DNA of 64,000 bases from Lentisphaeria bacterium UBA1732 (lineage in GTDB: Bacteria > Verrucomicrobiota > Lentisphaeria > Victivallales > UBA1829), in assembly GCA_002315855.1 (NCBI GenBank), contig DCIG01000049.1, positions 63,576-127,575 of the forward strand. Direction: 5' to 3'. The notes under the pieces are model-generated. The model searched no databases. It was not told the origin of the DNA and saw only the letters and a list, made by a program, of their open reading frames with translations. Shown here piece by piece: positions 19,410-29,074 of this stretch. The translations under genes and the position numbers were made by a program. Each line of letters begins with the position of its first letter. Position 1 is the first letter of the stretch.

Positions 19410-20666
19410 ATGAATTCTTCAATCCATTTCTTCTCAGACCAAATCAGTCTGTTGTTCGATAAACTGGCCGGCAAGCCGGCTCTGTATCATTCCGTCATTC
19501 TCTTTCTGATTGTCATAAGCTGTATTCTGATTCATTTCCTGACCAGCCTCTTTATTTCTTTGCTGACAAAAAAAATAAAGAAAATATATTCTTTCCCGGA
19601 TGAGTCTTTCCAAAATAAATTGGTTCGGAACAATTTTTTTCTTTCGCTGATTCTCCCGTTGTTTCTTTTCAGTGTTTTCTGCAAATTATGCCTTCCGACC
19701 TCTTTGTTCGCAACATTCATTGCCAGATGCGGGCTTGTTGTTGTGGTGATTTGCCTGAATACGGCCTTGATTTTGATCTGTTCGTTCATTAACGACTGGA
19801 TAAAAGCGACACCGGGAAAAGAAAACACACCGATTCATGCTCTCATGCAATCCTGCAAAATCTTTTTTGTTTTCGTAGCAGGGATTCAGATTATTTCAAT
19901 CATTGTCTGGCAGCGTCCGATTTATGTCTTCTCCGGAATTGGTGCTGCCATGGCTGTTTTTTTATTGGTCTTTCAGAATTCACTTCTATCATTCGTTGCA
20001 GGGATTCAGATTAATACCAGTCGCCTTGTCAAAATCGGAGATTGGATTGCTTTTCCGGATGGCTCGGTTGACGGTATTGTCATAGAAATAACCCAGCACA
20101 TTCTGAAAGTCCGCGGATGGGATATGACCATTGCCGCCCTCCCCATTCGGAAACTCACCGAAGATGTTTTCATTAACTACACCAACGTCTTTCAGTCCGG
20201 TCATCGTCTCATTAAGAGACAAATCATGCTTGATCAGGATAGCATTCACTTCCTGACACCTGACGAACTCGTCTTTTTCCGGAAATTTGACATCTTTCAG
20301 GATATGCTGGAAAAAACATCTGACTGGTCATGGAAATACTTTTCTGCACAATCCGCCGCGCTTTCTGCGGAATCCTCATGTTCTGCATTCACAAATGCTG
20401 ACCTGTTTATGCGCTACATGGATCACTGTCTGAAAACGCATCCCGATATTTGCCGTGATCCTTACATCATGGTTCATACATTGGATGCAACAGAAAAAGG
20501 ATACCCCGTCGAATTTGTCGCGTACTCAAAAAAGACCAATTATGTGCCATTCAATCAAGTCCTTTCCGAAATCGTCAACCATTTGATTGCGGTTCTTCCC
20601 ATGTTCCACCTGAAAGCATTCCAGCTTTCTTCGGATAACTCGGTCCGTTCGCTTTCACGGAAATGA
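19410..20666 (+). CDS. Mechanosensitive ion channel (MscS family) protein.
   Basis: Multi-TM N-terminus, then the MscS beta-domain motif VKIGDWIAFPDGSVDGIVIEITQHILKVRGWDMTIAALPIRKLTEDVFINYTN. I prefer the ATG at 19410 over the TTG at 19404. The gene is visibly AT-rich. Confidence 0.75.
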   Translation: MNSSIHFFSDQISLLFDKLAGKPALYHSVILFLIVISCILIHFLTSLFISLLTKKIKKIYSFPDESFQNKLVRNNFFLSLILPLFLFSVFCKLCLPTSLFATFIARCGLVVVVICLNTALILICSFINDWIKATPGKENTPIHALMQSCKIFFVFVAGIQIISIIVWQRPIYVFSGIGAAMAVFLLVFQNSLLSFVAGIQINTSRLVKIGDWIAFPDGSVDGIVIEITQHILKVRGWDMTIAALPIRKLTEDVFINYTNVFQSGHRLIKRQIMLDQDSIHFLTPDELVFFRKFDIFQDMLEKTSDWSWKYFSAQSAALSAESSCSAFTNADLFMRYMDHCLKTHPDICRDPYIMVHTLDATEKGYPVEFVAYSKKTNYVPFNQVLSEIVNHLIAVLPMFHLKAFQLSSDNSVRSLSRK

Positions 20667-20948
20667 TGTCCCCTTGAAGCCGGCACACCTCCGAATAACA
20701 CCTGTTTCACCATACTTTCTGTCTCCTTTCTGAAATTCGACTCCCTGTCGTCAGAAAAAAATACCCCTCTATAAAAGGCGCAAAAAGGCTGTTTTCGGAC
20801 ATCAGTCATTCGCAATTCATTTCCAGTCAGCAATTTATCTGAGACAGCCTTTCTTGTCCTGTCTCTTGCGCTTTTCCCGTCCCTCCTCCTTTATTGGCGC
20901 ATCTTTCGACGACGCGTGAAAAAAATCCATTTTTTTCGCGTTTTTTCC

Positions 20949-20999
20949 TTGATTTTTTCTTAATATGGATTATCTTTTATTAAAGACCATCTTTAATAA
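20949..20999 (+). promoter_or_regulatory. Candidate promoter plus a perfect 10-3-10 palindromic operator upstream of the Fur-family gene.
   Basis: TTGATT (20949-54), a 16-bp spacer, then TATCTT (20971-76), followed immediately by TTATTAAAGAccaTCTTTAATAA (20977-20999). Confidence 0.5.
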
Positions 21000-21065
21000 C
21001 GAATCTTTTTCAGGTATTTTCGATGTCAGATCATCCGGAATGCCTGCTCTTTCGCGAGTTTCATC

Positions 21066-21542
21066 ATGATGACCAAAAAAACAATCGACCGGTTCAGACA
21101 AATCTGCAATGTTCACCACTGCAGATGCACGGTTCAGCGTCTTGCTGTCTATCGGTACATCTGCGGCAATACTGCGCATCCTTCGGTTGATGAAATCTGG
21201 GCAAATGTGAAAAAGGAAATCCCGACGATTACCCGTGAAAGTGTTTTTCGGATTATGATGGAGTTTTCCGAATGGGGGCTGGTTTACAGAATGGACAAAA
21301 TCACAAATGCTTGTTTCGATGGCATTGCAGGCAATCATGGTCATTTGATTTGCAGAAAATGCGGTGCCATCATAGACTTCAATCTTCCCAAGCCGCTGAC
21401 CATCCCGTCCGATGCCGTAGGATTCTGTCCCGACCACATTGAACTCCGTGTCAGCGGAATCTGCGCCGCCTGTGCTGAAAAAACCGGACACGCCGCCGAT
21501 TCGTCGAAGAAATCCCCGCACGGTAACACCTCAACCAACTGA
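21066..21542 (+). CDS. Fur-family transcriptional regulator (PerR-like by context).
   Basis: Winged-helix N-terminus (RCTVQRLAVYRYICGNTAHPSVDEIWANVKKEIPTITRESVFRIMMEF), then HGHLICRKCGAIIDF and a C-terminal CAAC metal site. It is followed by rubrerythrin. Confidence 0.8.
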   Translation: MMTKKTIDRFRQICNVHHCRCTVQRLAVYRYICGNTAHPSVDEIWANVKKEIPTITRESVFRIMMEFSEWGLVYRMDKITNACFDGIAGNHGHLICRKCGAIIDFNLPKPLTIPSDAVGFCPDHIELRVSGICAACAEKTGHAADSSKKSPHGNTSTN

Positions 21543-21627
21543 CTTTTCCCGGTGAAGCTCTGCTTCCCTCAACATATCCTCTGATTCTTGACGCGGCAGA
21601 CGCCGCACAACGAAAGGAACTGTTATC

Positions 21628-22161
21628 ATGGATCTCAAAGGTTCAAAAACTGAAGCTAACCTCTGGTACGCATTTGCCGGAGAATCTCAGGCTCGCAACA
21701 AATACACCTATTTCGCAAGCAAGGCAAAAAAAGAAGGCTACGAACAGATTGCCGCTCTCTTTGAAAAGACTGCCAACAACGAAAAGGAACATGCCAAACT
21801 TTGGTTCAAAGCTCTGAACGGCATCGGCTCCACTCTTGAGAACCTGAAGGCTGCCGCCGCCGGCGAACACGAAGAATGGACAGATATGTACAAGCGTTTC
21901 GCCGAAGAAGCCGTTGAGGAAGGTTTCACCGAGCTTGCCGCTCAGTTCGCAGCTGTCGCGCAGATTGAAAAAGGACATGAAGAACGCTACAACAAACTTG
22001 CCGCCAACATCGAAAATGACGAAGTCTGGGTCAAGGTCGGCGAAAACCGCTGGGAATGCCGCAACTGCGGTCATATCTACATCGGTGAAAAAGCTCCGCT
22101 CGTCTGCCCGGTCTGCAAGCATCCGCAGGCTTACTTTGAAATCGAAGCCAAAAACTACTGA
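21628..22161 (+). CDS. rbr: Rubrerythrin.
   Basis: Ferritin-like diiron ExxH motifs ([17 protein letters not shown]) and a C-terminal rubredoxin-like CRNCGH...CPVCKHP. Confidence 0.9.
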   Translation: MDLKGSKTEANLWYAFAGESQARNKYTYFASKAKKEGYEQIAALFEKTANNEKEHAKLWFKALNGIGSTLENLKAAAAGEHEEWTDMYKRFAEEAVEEGFTELAAQFAAVAQIEKGHEERYNKLAANIENDEVWVKVGENRWECRNCGHIYIGEKAPLVCPVCKHPQAYFEIEAKNY

Positions 22162-22244
22162 TTTCCCGTCAAGCCTCTTCCCGTTCACAAATTCGAGGGA
22201 GGCTTGCATCATACAATCAGAAAACCGGTTGAATTCTCTTTCTT

Positions 22245-22290
22245 GAGATCTGATTTCAAAGTCCTGACAGCAGGACTTTGAAATTTGCTC
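22245..22290. repeat. Copy of the GATTTCAAA palindromic repeat family.
   Basis: gagatctgATTTCAAAGTCCTGacagCAGGACTTTGAAATttgctc, with 14-bp perfect arms. Confidence 0.7.
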
Positions 22291-22453
22291 CTGCGGCAAT
22301 TGGCGTTTTGCGTCTGGTGACTGGAAAGGAGGCACCGCGGAATCATAGCTGACTGGCACAACAGGAAGATGAATTCTTCACAGAGCATTGCTTCGAGACA
22401 AAAGCGTGCTCGCACCCATTTCCATCGGTTTTCACATCACAAGGAGTTACAAA

Positions 22454-23017
22454 ATGAGAAGTATCACCACATTTGATTTGCAGTATGCACATCGTTTCTA
22501 CAGATTCCAGGGCGAAGCTCAGTATCTTCATGGACACACCGGCCGCCTGACCATCGAGGTGGAAGACTCCATCGAGCCGGGCGTCAACATGGTTTTCCCC
22601 TGCAATGAAATTCAGAAAGTTGCCTGGGATGTCCTGAAAAACTTCGACCATGCTCTGATTCTGCGCGAAGACGATCCTCTGCTTCCGGCAATCCTTGCCG
22701 TCTACGAAAAGCAGGGCATCAAGAACGGCGCTCCCTCCAATAAAATGAAAGGTGCCGCATTCAAAACCGGGCTTGCCACAGCATATCCCGACTGTCGTCT
22801 CGTCGTTACAAAAGAAACCATGACCGTCGAAGGCATGATTAAGATTGTTTACGAACTGCTGAAAGACAAGCTGAATATTGCCAAGCTCACTTTCACCAGC
22901 GGTGTCAATGCTGCCACGCAGGAATATACACCCGTGAAATCCATCGACCGCTGCCCCCTCTGCGGTGTGGCTCTCGTTGATGGCGTTTGCCCGAAGTGTG
23001 GTTATCGCAAGAAATAA
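22454..23017 (+). CDS. 6-pyruvoyl-tetrahydropterin synthase / QueD-family protein with a C-terminal zinc-ribbon.
   Basis: FDLQYAHRFYRFQGEAQYLHGHTGRLTIEV is PTPS-like (HGH). The tail reads CPLCGVALVDGVCPKCGYRKK. The start at 22454 has aaggag upstream. Confidence 0.6.
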   Translation: MRSITTFDLQYAHRFYRFQGEAQYLHGHTGRLTIEVEDSIEPGVNMVFPCNEIQKVAWDVLKNFDHALILREDDPLLPAILAVYEKQGIKNGAPSNKMKGAAFKTGLATAYPDCRLVVTKETMTVEGMIKIVYELLKDKLNIAKLTFTSGVNAATQEYTPVKSIDRCPLCGVALVDGVCPKCGYRKK

Positions 23018-23043
23018 TCTTTCTTCCGGTTGCTAAATTTTTG

Positions 23044-23084
23044 CCGGGGCGATGATGAGGCAAACATCGCTCCGGCATTTTTTT
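23044..23084 (+). terminator. Rho-independent terminator after the PTPS-like gene.
   Basis: Stem ccggggcgatg / catcgctccgg (one G-U pair) with a 10-nt loop, then ca + TTTTTTT. Confidence 0.7.
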
Positions 23085-23114
23085 GAGGTAACAAGTTGTA
23101 TGGGAAATCTTCCC

Positions 23115-24035
23115 TTACGCCATGTTCCAGTTTTCCGCCTTCGGCTTGTAATCAGACACTTGTTTGCATCGTTCCGCCACGGATTCATGACATGCCTCTC
23201 CCTCATACACGCGTGCCGCTTTCCCCAGAACCAGCCAGTACGGCGCATCTTTGAAAGGATCATGCAAATCCTGCTTGCAGTCGGTCGGAATCGCCTCCGG
23301 CACGTTGCATCCCAGTCCTGCCCCGGCGACCGCCTCGCACATCCATTGCAGGGCGATATTGGACAATCCTGCCTCCTTGTATCCGCCGCCCACATCGCTG
23401 TGAACTCCGGCGAACCAGATTTGCGTCAGTTTGGTCGTTCCGTTTTCGCGCCACTTCATCACCGGGAATTTGGTGCGGCATTCATCCAGCGACATGCCGT
23501 GATACGCGTTTTCCACGATTTCCGGCAGTTCTTCATCGTGGTATTTGATGTTCGGGATAATGCTTTTCACAATATCCCACACTCCGGCGAATGCTATTTT
23601 CGCCACAGGCTTTGTCGCAATCTTCCCCAAATCAGGCTCATCGGGATTCTTCACAAAACAATCCACCGCCTCATCACAGTATCGGAAATCTTCAGGTATC
23701 CCGCACATTGCCAGCAGCCAGCAGAATACATGCACCGTGAATGCGCCCCGGCTGAATCCGTACAGTGCAATCTCCACATCCCCGACTTCTTTCTTGAATT
23801 GTGCCAATTCACGGTATGCTTTCTTGATATTTTCAATAATCCCCACACCCGCCATATTCCCGCACATGACATCATACTCTTTTCCTCCGGGACCGGATAG
23901 ATACAGCGAATACGAATCGGTCTCTTCATCAAAAGGCTCGCACATCTGATACAGTTTGTATACGTTTGACGGATTTTCCGCTTTGGGGCCGTTGGAGGTC
24001 CCGTCAAAGAAAATCGACATGACATGTTGTCTCAT
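23115..24035 (-). CDS. DUF2235 (Tle1-like) alpha/beta-hydrolase / putative phospholipase.
   Basis: IFFDGTSNG...NPSNVYKLY, the GxSxG motif in LYGFSRGAF, FAGVWDIVKS, and WFAGVHSDVGGGY. These are the characteristic DUF2235 blocks. Confidence 0.7.
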   Translation of the reverse strand: MRQHVMSIFFDGTSNGPKAENPSNVYKLYQMCEPFDEETDSYSLYLSGPGGKEYDVMCGNMAGVGIIENIKKAYRELAQFKKEVGDVEIALYGFSRGAFTVHVFCWLLAMCGIPEDFRYCDEAVDCFVKNPDEPDLGKIATKPVAKIAFAGVWDIVKSIIPNIKYHDEELPEIVENAYHGMSLDECRTKFPVMKWRENGTTKLTQIWFAGVHSDVGGGYKEAGLSNIALQWMCEAVAGAGLGCNVPEAIPTDCKQDLHDPFKDAPYWLVLGKAARVYEGEACHESVAERCKQVSDYKPKAENWNMA

Positions 24036-24052
24036 TGTCTGCTCCTTTTATC

Positions 24053-24490
24053 TCAATTTGCGTTTTTCGGTTCCACTGGCAGATATTCGATTCGCATTGG
24101 CACATACGTCCCGAAGGAAAGCACCGCCAGCAGGGAATCCCAGTAGGTGATATGATACGTTACAGACTTGTTGTACCCGTCTCCGACAAAATCCGTCCCG
24201 TTGGTAATCACATAGCCTGCCTGTTCCGCTTCGCTCATCGTCGCCGGAAAATGCGTTTCCCCCTTTTGCAGACTTTTTCCTTTCGTATTCCAGAATGATC
24301 CGTGTGCATCCACGGTATAGCAATGGTCCTGACTTGCTTTCACCCGCACACTCGGATATTCCACGCTCATTTTCACCGTGGTGCATCCCACGCAAAGCAT
24401 CAAGGTGATGAATACGCCCGCAGTCAATCCCGCGAAAACCGCAGGTACCGCGATTTTCCATGTACATCTTGATTTCTTCGTCTGTTCCAT
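24053..24490 (-). CDS. Probable lipoprotein with a Bor-like C-terminus.
   Basis: Signal sequence ending ...ITLMLCVGC. The C-terminal SLLAVLSFGTYVPMRIEY resembles the Bor/Iss lipoprotein tail (G..TLGIYTP). The gap to the DUF2235 gene is 17 bp. Confidence 0.5.
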   Translation of the reverse strand: MEQTKKSRCTWKIAVPAVFAGLTAGVFITLMLCVGCTTVKMSVEYPSVRVKASQDHCYTVDAHGSFWNTKGKSLQKGETHFPATMSEAEQAGYVITNGTDFVGDGYNKSVTYHITYWDSLLAVLSFGTYVPMRIEYLPVEPKNAN

Positions 24491-24656
24491 ATTGAATCAT
24501 TGCGCCTTTCTGTTTGGGGTTGCCTGTGCTGCACATCGGAATGTATCGAACAATTAACAGTAGCATCAAATCTTCTTTTTTCAAGGGGAAAAAGATAGAG
24601 TATCTCGATTAATTTGGATGGCGGCTGCTCGAAAAATAATCCCCTCCCGCAAATGC

Positions 24657-24692
24657 AAAAAACTCCGGCTGTCAGCAATCTGACAACCGGAG
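24657..24692 (-). terminator. Rho-independent terminator after groEL.
   Basis: Minus strand: ctccggttgtcag-attg-ctgacagccggag (one G-U pair), followed by TTTTTT. Confidence 0.75.
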
Positions 24693-24728
24693 TAGTTTTT
24701 CTGATCAGGTGCAATCAGTGCGGATGAA

Positions 24729-26369
<1,641 letters not shown>

Positions 26370-26421
26370 AATTATATTCTCCTGGTTTTTGTTTTTTCGT
26401 TAATCTTGCTGTTGTTTTTCT

Positions 26422-26715
26422 TTAGCCGACGATTGCGAGAATATCGCTGGAATTGAGAATTTTGTATTCTTCATCATCCAGTTTGACTTCAGTTCCGCCG
26501 TACTTGCTGGTCAGGACCACATCGCCGACCTTGACATCGAAGGCGGAGCGGGTGCCGTCGTCATTCAGCTTGCCGGTGCCAAGCGCAATTACGCGTGCAG
26601 ACTGCGGTTTCTCTTTGGCTGTATCCGGGATATAGATGCCGCCCTTCATCTGTTCGACTTCTTCGATTGCCTTCACCAGAACGCGATCGCCCAGCGGTTG
26701 AATTTTGTTTGCCAT
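26422..26715 (-). CDS. groS: Co-chaperonin GroES.
   Basis: [38 protein letters not shown]... The ATG at 26715 has aggag upstream. Confidence 0.95.
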   Translation of the reverse strand: MANKIQPLGDRVLVKAIEEVEQMKGGIYIPDTAKEKPQSARVIALGTGKLNDDGTRSAFDVKVGDVVLTSKYGGTEVKLDDEEYKILNSSDILAIVG

Positions 26716-26808
26716 GATAAACATACTCCTTTGGTTTGTTTTGGGATGCCTCCGCTTTCACGGAGACATCTTTTTGTTTTATTTGATGTGATTGTTGAAA
26801 TCTTGCAA

Positions 26809-28713
26809 TTATTTTCCGTCATCCACGACTTCGGCGTCCACAACTCCGTCATCGTTCTTCTGCTGAGACCCGGCATTCGGTGCGCCCTGCGGACCTGCGC
26901 CCGGTGCGCCCTGCTGCTGATACATGTGCTGTCCGATTTCCATCAGCTTTTCTTCCAATGCCTTGGAATTTGCCTTCATGGCTTCGGTGTCATCATGTTC
27001 GATGCTCTTTTTCAGCTTTTCGATGAGTGCGGTAACCTGCTCCTTGATGTCGCCCGGCACTTTGTCGCCCAGATCCTTCAGCTGCTTTTCGGTGTTGTAC
27101 ACCAGAGAGTCAGCGCGGTTCTTGACTTCGATTTTTTCCTTCACGGCCTTGTCTTCGGCTTCATGTGCCTTGGCTTCGTTGACCATGCGCTGAATATCCT
27201 GTTCGGACAGACCGCTGTTGGCGGTAATTGTAATCTTCTGTTCCTTGCCGGTTCCCAAATCCTTTGCGGTTACATTCAGGATTCCGTTCACGTCAATATC
27301 GAATGCGACTTCAATCTGCGGAACTCCGCGCGGTGCCGGTGCGATACCGTCCAGACGGAAGCGTCCGATGGTCTTGTTGTCCTTGGCCATATCGCGTTCG
27401 CCCTGAAGCACATGAATATCGACGGACGGCTGATTGTCTGCTGCGGTGGAGAAAATTTCGCTCTTGCGGGTCGGAATGGTCGTATTGCGTTCAATCAGAC
27501 GGGTCGTAACTCCGCCCAGAGTTTCGATACCCAGTGAAAGCGGGGTAACGTCCAGCAGAACGACATCGCCCAGATTTGAATTGCCGCTCAGCACGCCGCC
27601 CTGAATTGCTGCACCTGCTGCCACCACTTCATCGGGGTTCACACCCTTGTGCGGTTCTTTGCCGAAGATGCTCTTTGCGACTTCCTGTACTCTCGGCATA
27701 CGTGTCATACCGCCGACCAGAATGACTTCATTGATGGAGCCTGCGGTCAGACCGGAGTCGCTGATGCAGTTGTTGCACGGCTTGCGGGAACGGTCCAGCA
27801 GAGGATCGGTCAGCTTTTCCAGCTGGGCGCGGGTCAGGGTCGTCTGAAGGTGGACAGGTCCGTTTGCGTTCATGCTGATGAACGGCAGATTGATGTCGGA
27901 GCTCATGCTGGAGCTGAGTTCAATCTTGGCCTTTTCTGCGCCCTCTTTCAAACGCTGGAGTGCCTGCGGATCACTGCGGAGGTCAACACCGTTTTCCTTC
28001 TTGAATTCTTCAGCCATCCAGTCCATGATTGCACGGTCGAAGTCATCGCCGCCCAGGTGGGTATCGCCGTTGGTTGCCTTCACTTCAAAGACGCCGTCGC
28101 CGATTTCCAGAATGGAAATATCGAAGGTGCCGCCGCCCAGGTCGTACACTGCAATCTTTTCATCTTTGCCCTTGTCCATTCCGTAAGCCAGTGCGGCTGC
28201 GGTCGGTTCGTTGATGATGCGCTTGACATCAAGACCTGCGATACGTCCTGCATCTTTGGTGGCCTGACGCTGGGTGTCATTGAAGTAAGCTGGCACTGTG
28301 ATGACGGCTTCCGAGATTGTTTCGCCAAGAAATGCTTCTGCATCCTGTTTCAGCTTCTGCAGAATCATTGCGGAAATTTCCGGCGGAGTATAAGTCTTGC
28401 CATTGGCTTCGATGCACGCATCGCCGTTGCTTCCGGCAACCACTTTGTACGGTACGCGGGAGATTTCATCCTGCACTTCTGCAAACTTGCGCCCCATGAA
28501 ACGCTTGATGGAGAAAATTGTATTTTTCGGGTTCGTTACAGCCTGACGTTTGGCTGTCTGCCCCACAAGTCGTTCACCGTTCTTTGTGAATGCGACAATT
28601 GACGGCGTCGTATTGGCGCCTTCTGCATTCGGGATGATTTTGAATGTATTGCCGTCCATGACAGCCATGCAGCTGTTGGTAGTACCGAGGTCGATTCCAA
28701 GAATTTTGCTCAT
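26809..28713 (-). CDS. dnaK: Molecular chaperone DnaK.
   Basis: [16 protein letters not shown]..., [23 protein letters not shown]. The SD aaggag lies 8 nt upstream of the ATG. Confidence 0.97.
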   Translation of the reverse strand: MSKILGIDLGTTNSCMAVMDGNTFKIIPNAEGANTTPSIVAFTKNGERLVGQTAKRQAVTNPKNTIFSIKRFMGRKFAEVQDEISRVPYKVVAGSNGDACIEANGKTYTPPEISAMILQKLKQDAEAFLGETISEAVITVPAYFNDTQRQATKDAGRIAGLDVKRIINEPTAAALAYGMDKGKDEKIAVYDLGGGTFDISILEIGDGVFEVKATNGDTHLGGDDFDRAIMDWMAEEFKKENGVDLRSDPQALQRLKEGAEKAKIELSSSMSSDINLPFISMNANGPVHLQTTLTRAQLEKLTDPLLDRSRKPCNNCISDSGLTAGSINEVILVGGMTRMPRVQEVAKSIFGKEPHKGVNPDEVVAAGAAIQGGVLSGNSNLGDVVLLDVTPLSLGIETLGGVTTRLIERNTTIPTRKSEIFSTAADNQPSVDIHVLQGERDMAKDNKTIGRFRLDGIAPAPRGVPQIEVAFDIDVNGILNVTAKDLGTGKEQKITITANSGLSEQDIQRMVNEAKAHEAEDKAVKEKIEVKNRADSLVYNTEKQLKDLGDKVPGDIKEQVTALIEKLKKSIEHDDTEAMKANSKALEEKLMEIGQHMYQQQGAPGAGPQGAPNAGSQQKNDDGVVDAEVVDDGK

Positions 28714-28773
28714 AGTATGTTCTCCTTGAATTGGATGTTTGTTGTTTTTGTTTTGGTTTTACGCTTTCTGTAT

Positions 28774-28789
28774 AGCAATCATGATGCCA
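28774..28789 (-). promoter_or_regulatory. Sigma54-type -24/-12 element upstream of dnaK-groES-groEL.
   Basis: Minus strand reads TGGCATCatgaTTGCT, an exact TGGCAC-N5-TTGCW register. It lies about 60 nt upstream of the dnaK ATG. Confidence 0.5.
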
Positions 28790-28861
28790 ACTTTTATCTT
28801 TCTCACCCGTTTGACCTCATTCCCTGCCTTTTTCCCTCATTTTTCCCCGGTATCTCACCAT

Positions 28862-28925
28862 GGCACAGTGTCTCGTCTCATGTCACAGTGCCGCTTTTTG
28901 TGTCATCCTGTCTCACTTTTGTGCC
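28862..28925 (-). promoter_or_regulatory. Upstream motif cluster (candidate enhancer/UAS) for dnaK.
   Basis: Minus strand reads GGCACAaaagTGAGACAggaTGACACAaaaagcGGCACtgtgacaTGAGACgaGACACtgtgcc, 75-150 bp upstream of the -24/-12 element. The outer TGGCACA/TGTGCCA form an inverted repeat. Confidence 0.4.
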
Positions 28926-29074
28926 ATCTTTTATCATTTGGCGCATTTGCCTTTTTTGAATGAAAATTTTCGTTCTCGTTTGATTTTTCCTTTTTTGGTT
29001 GTACATTTTCTACATCTTTCACTCTTTCACATGGGAATTTCTTGCATTCCCGACATAAACGGAGATCTTTCATC

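Noticed and set aside
24048-24584. A 178-aa minus-strand ORF in another frame overlapping the lipoprotein ORF.
   Set aside because: The 24053-24490 frame gives a coherent signal peptide, a Cys, and a Bor-like tail. The alternative frame is Arg/Gly-rich without features.
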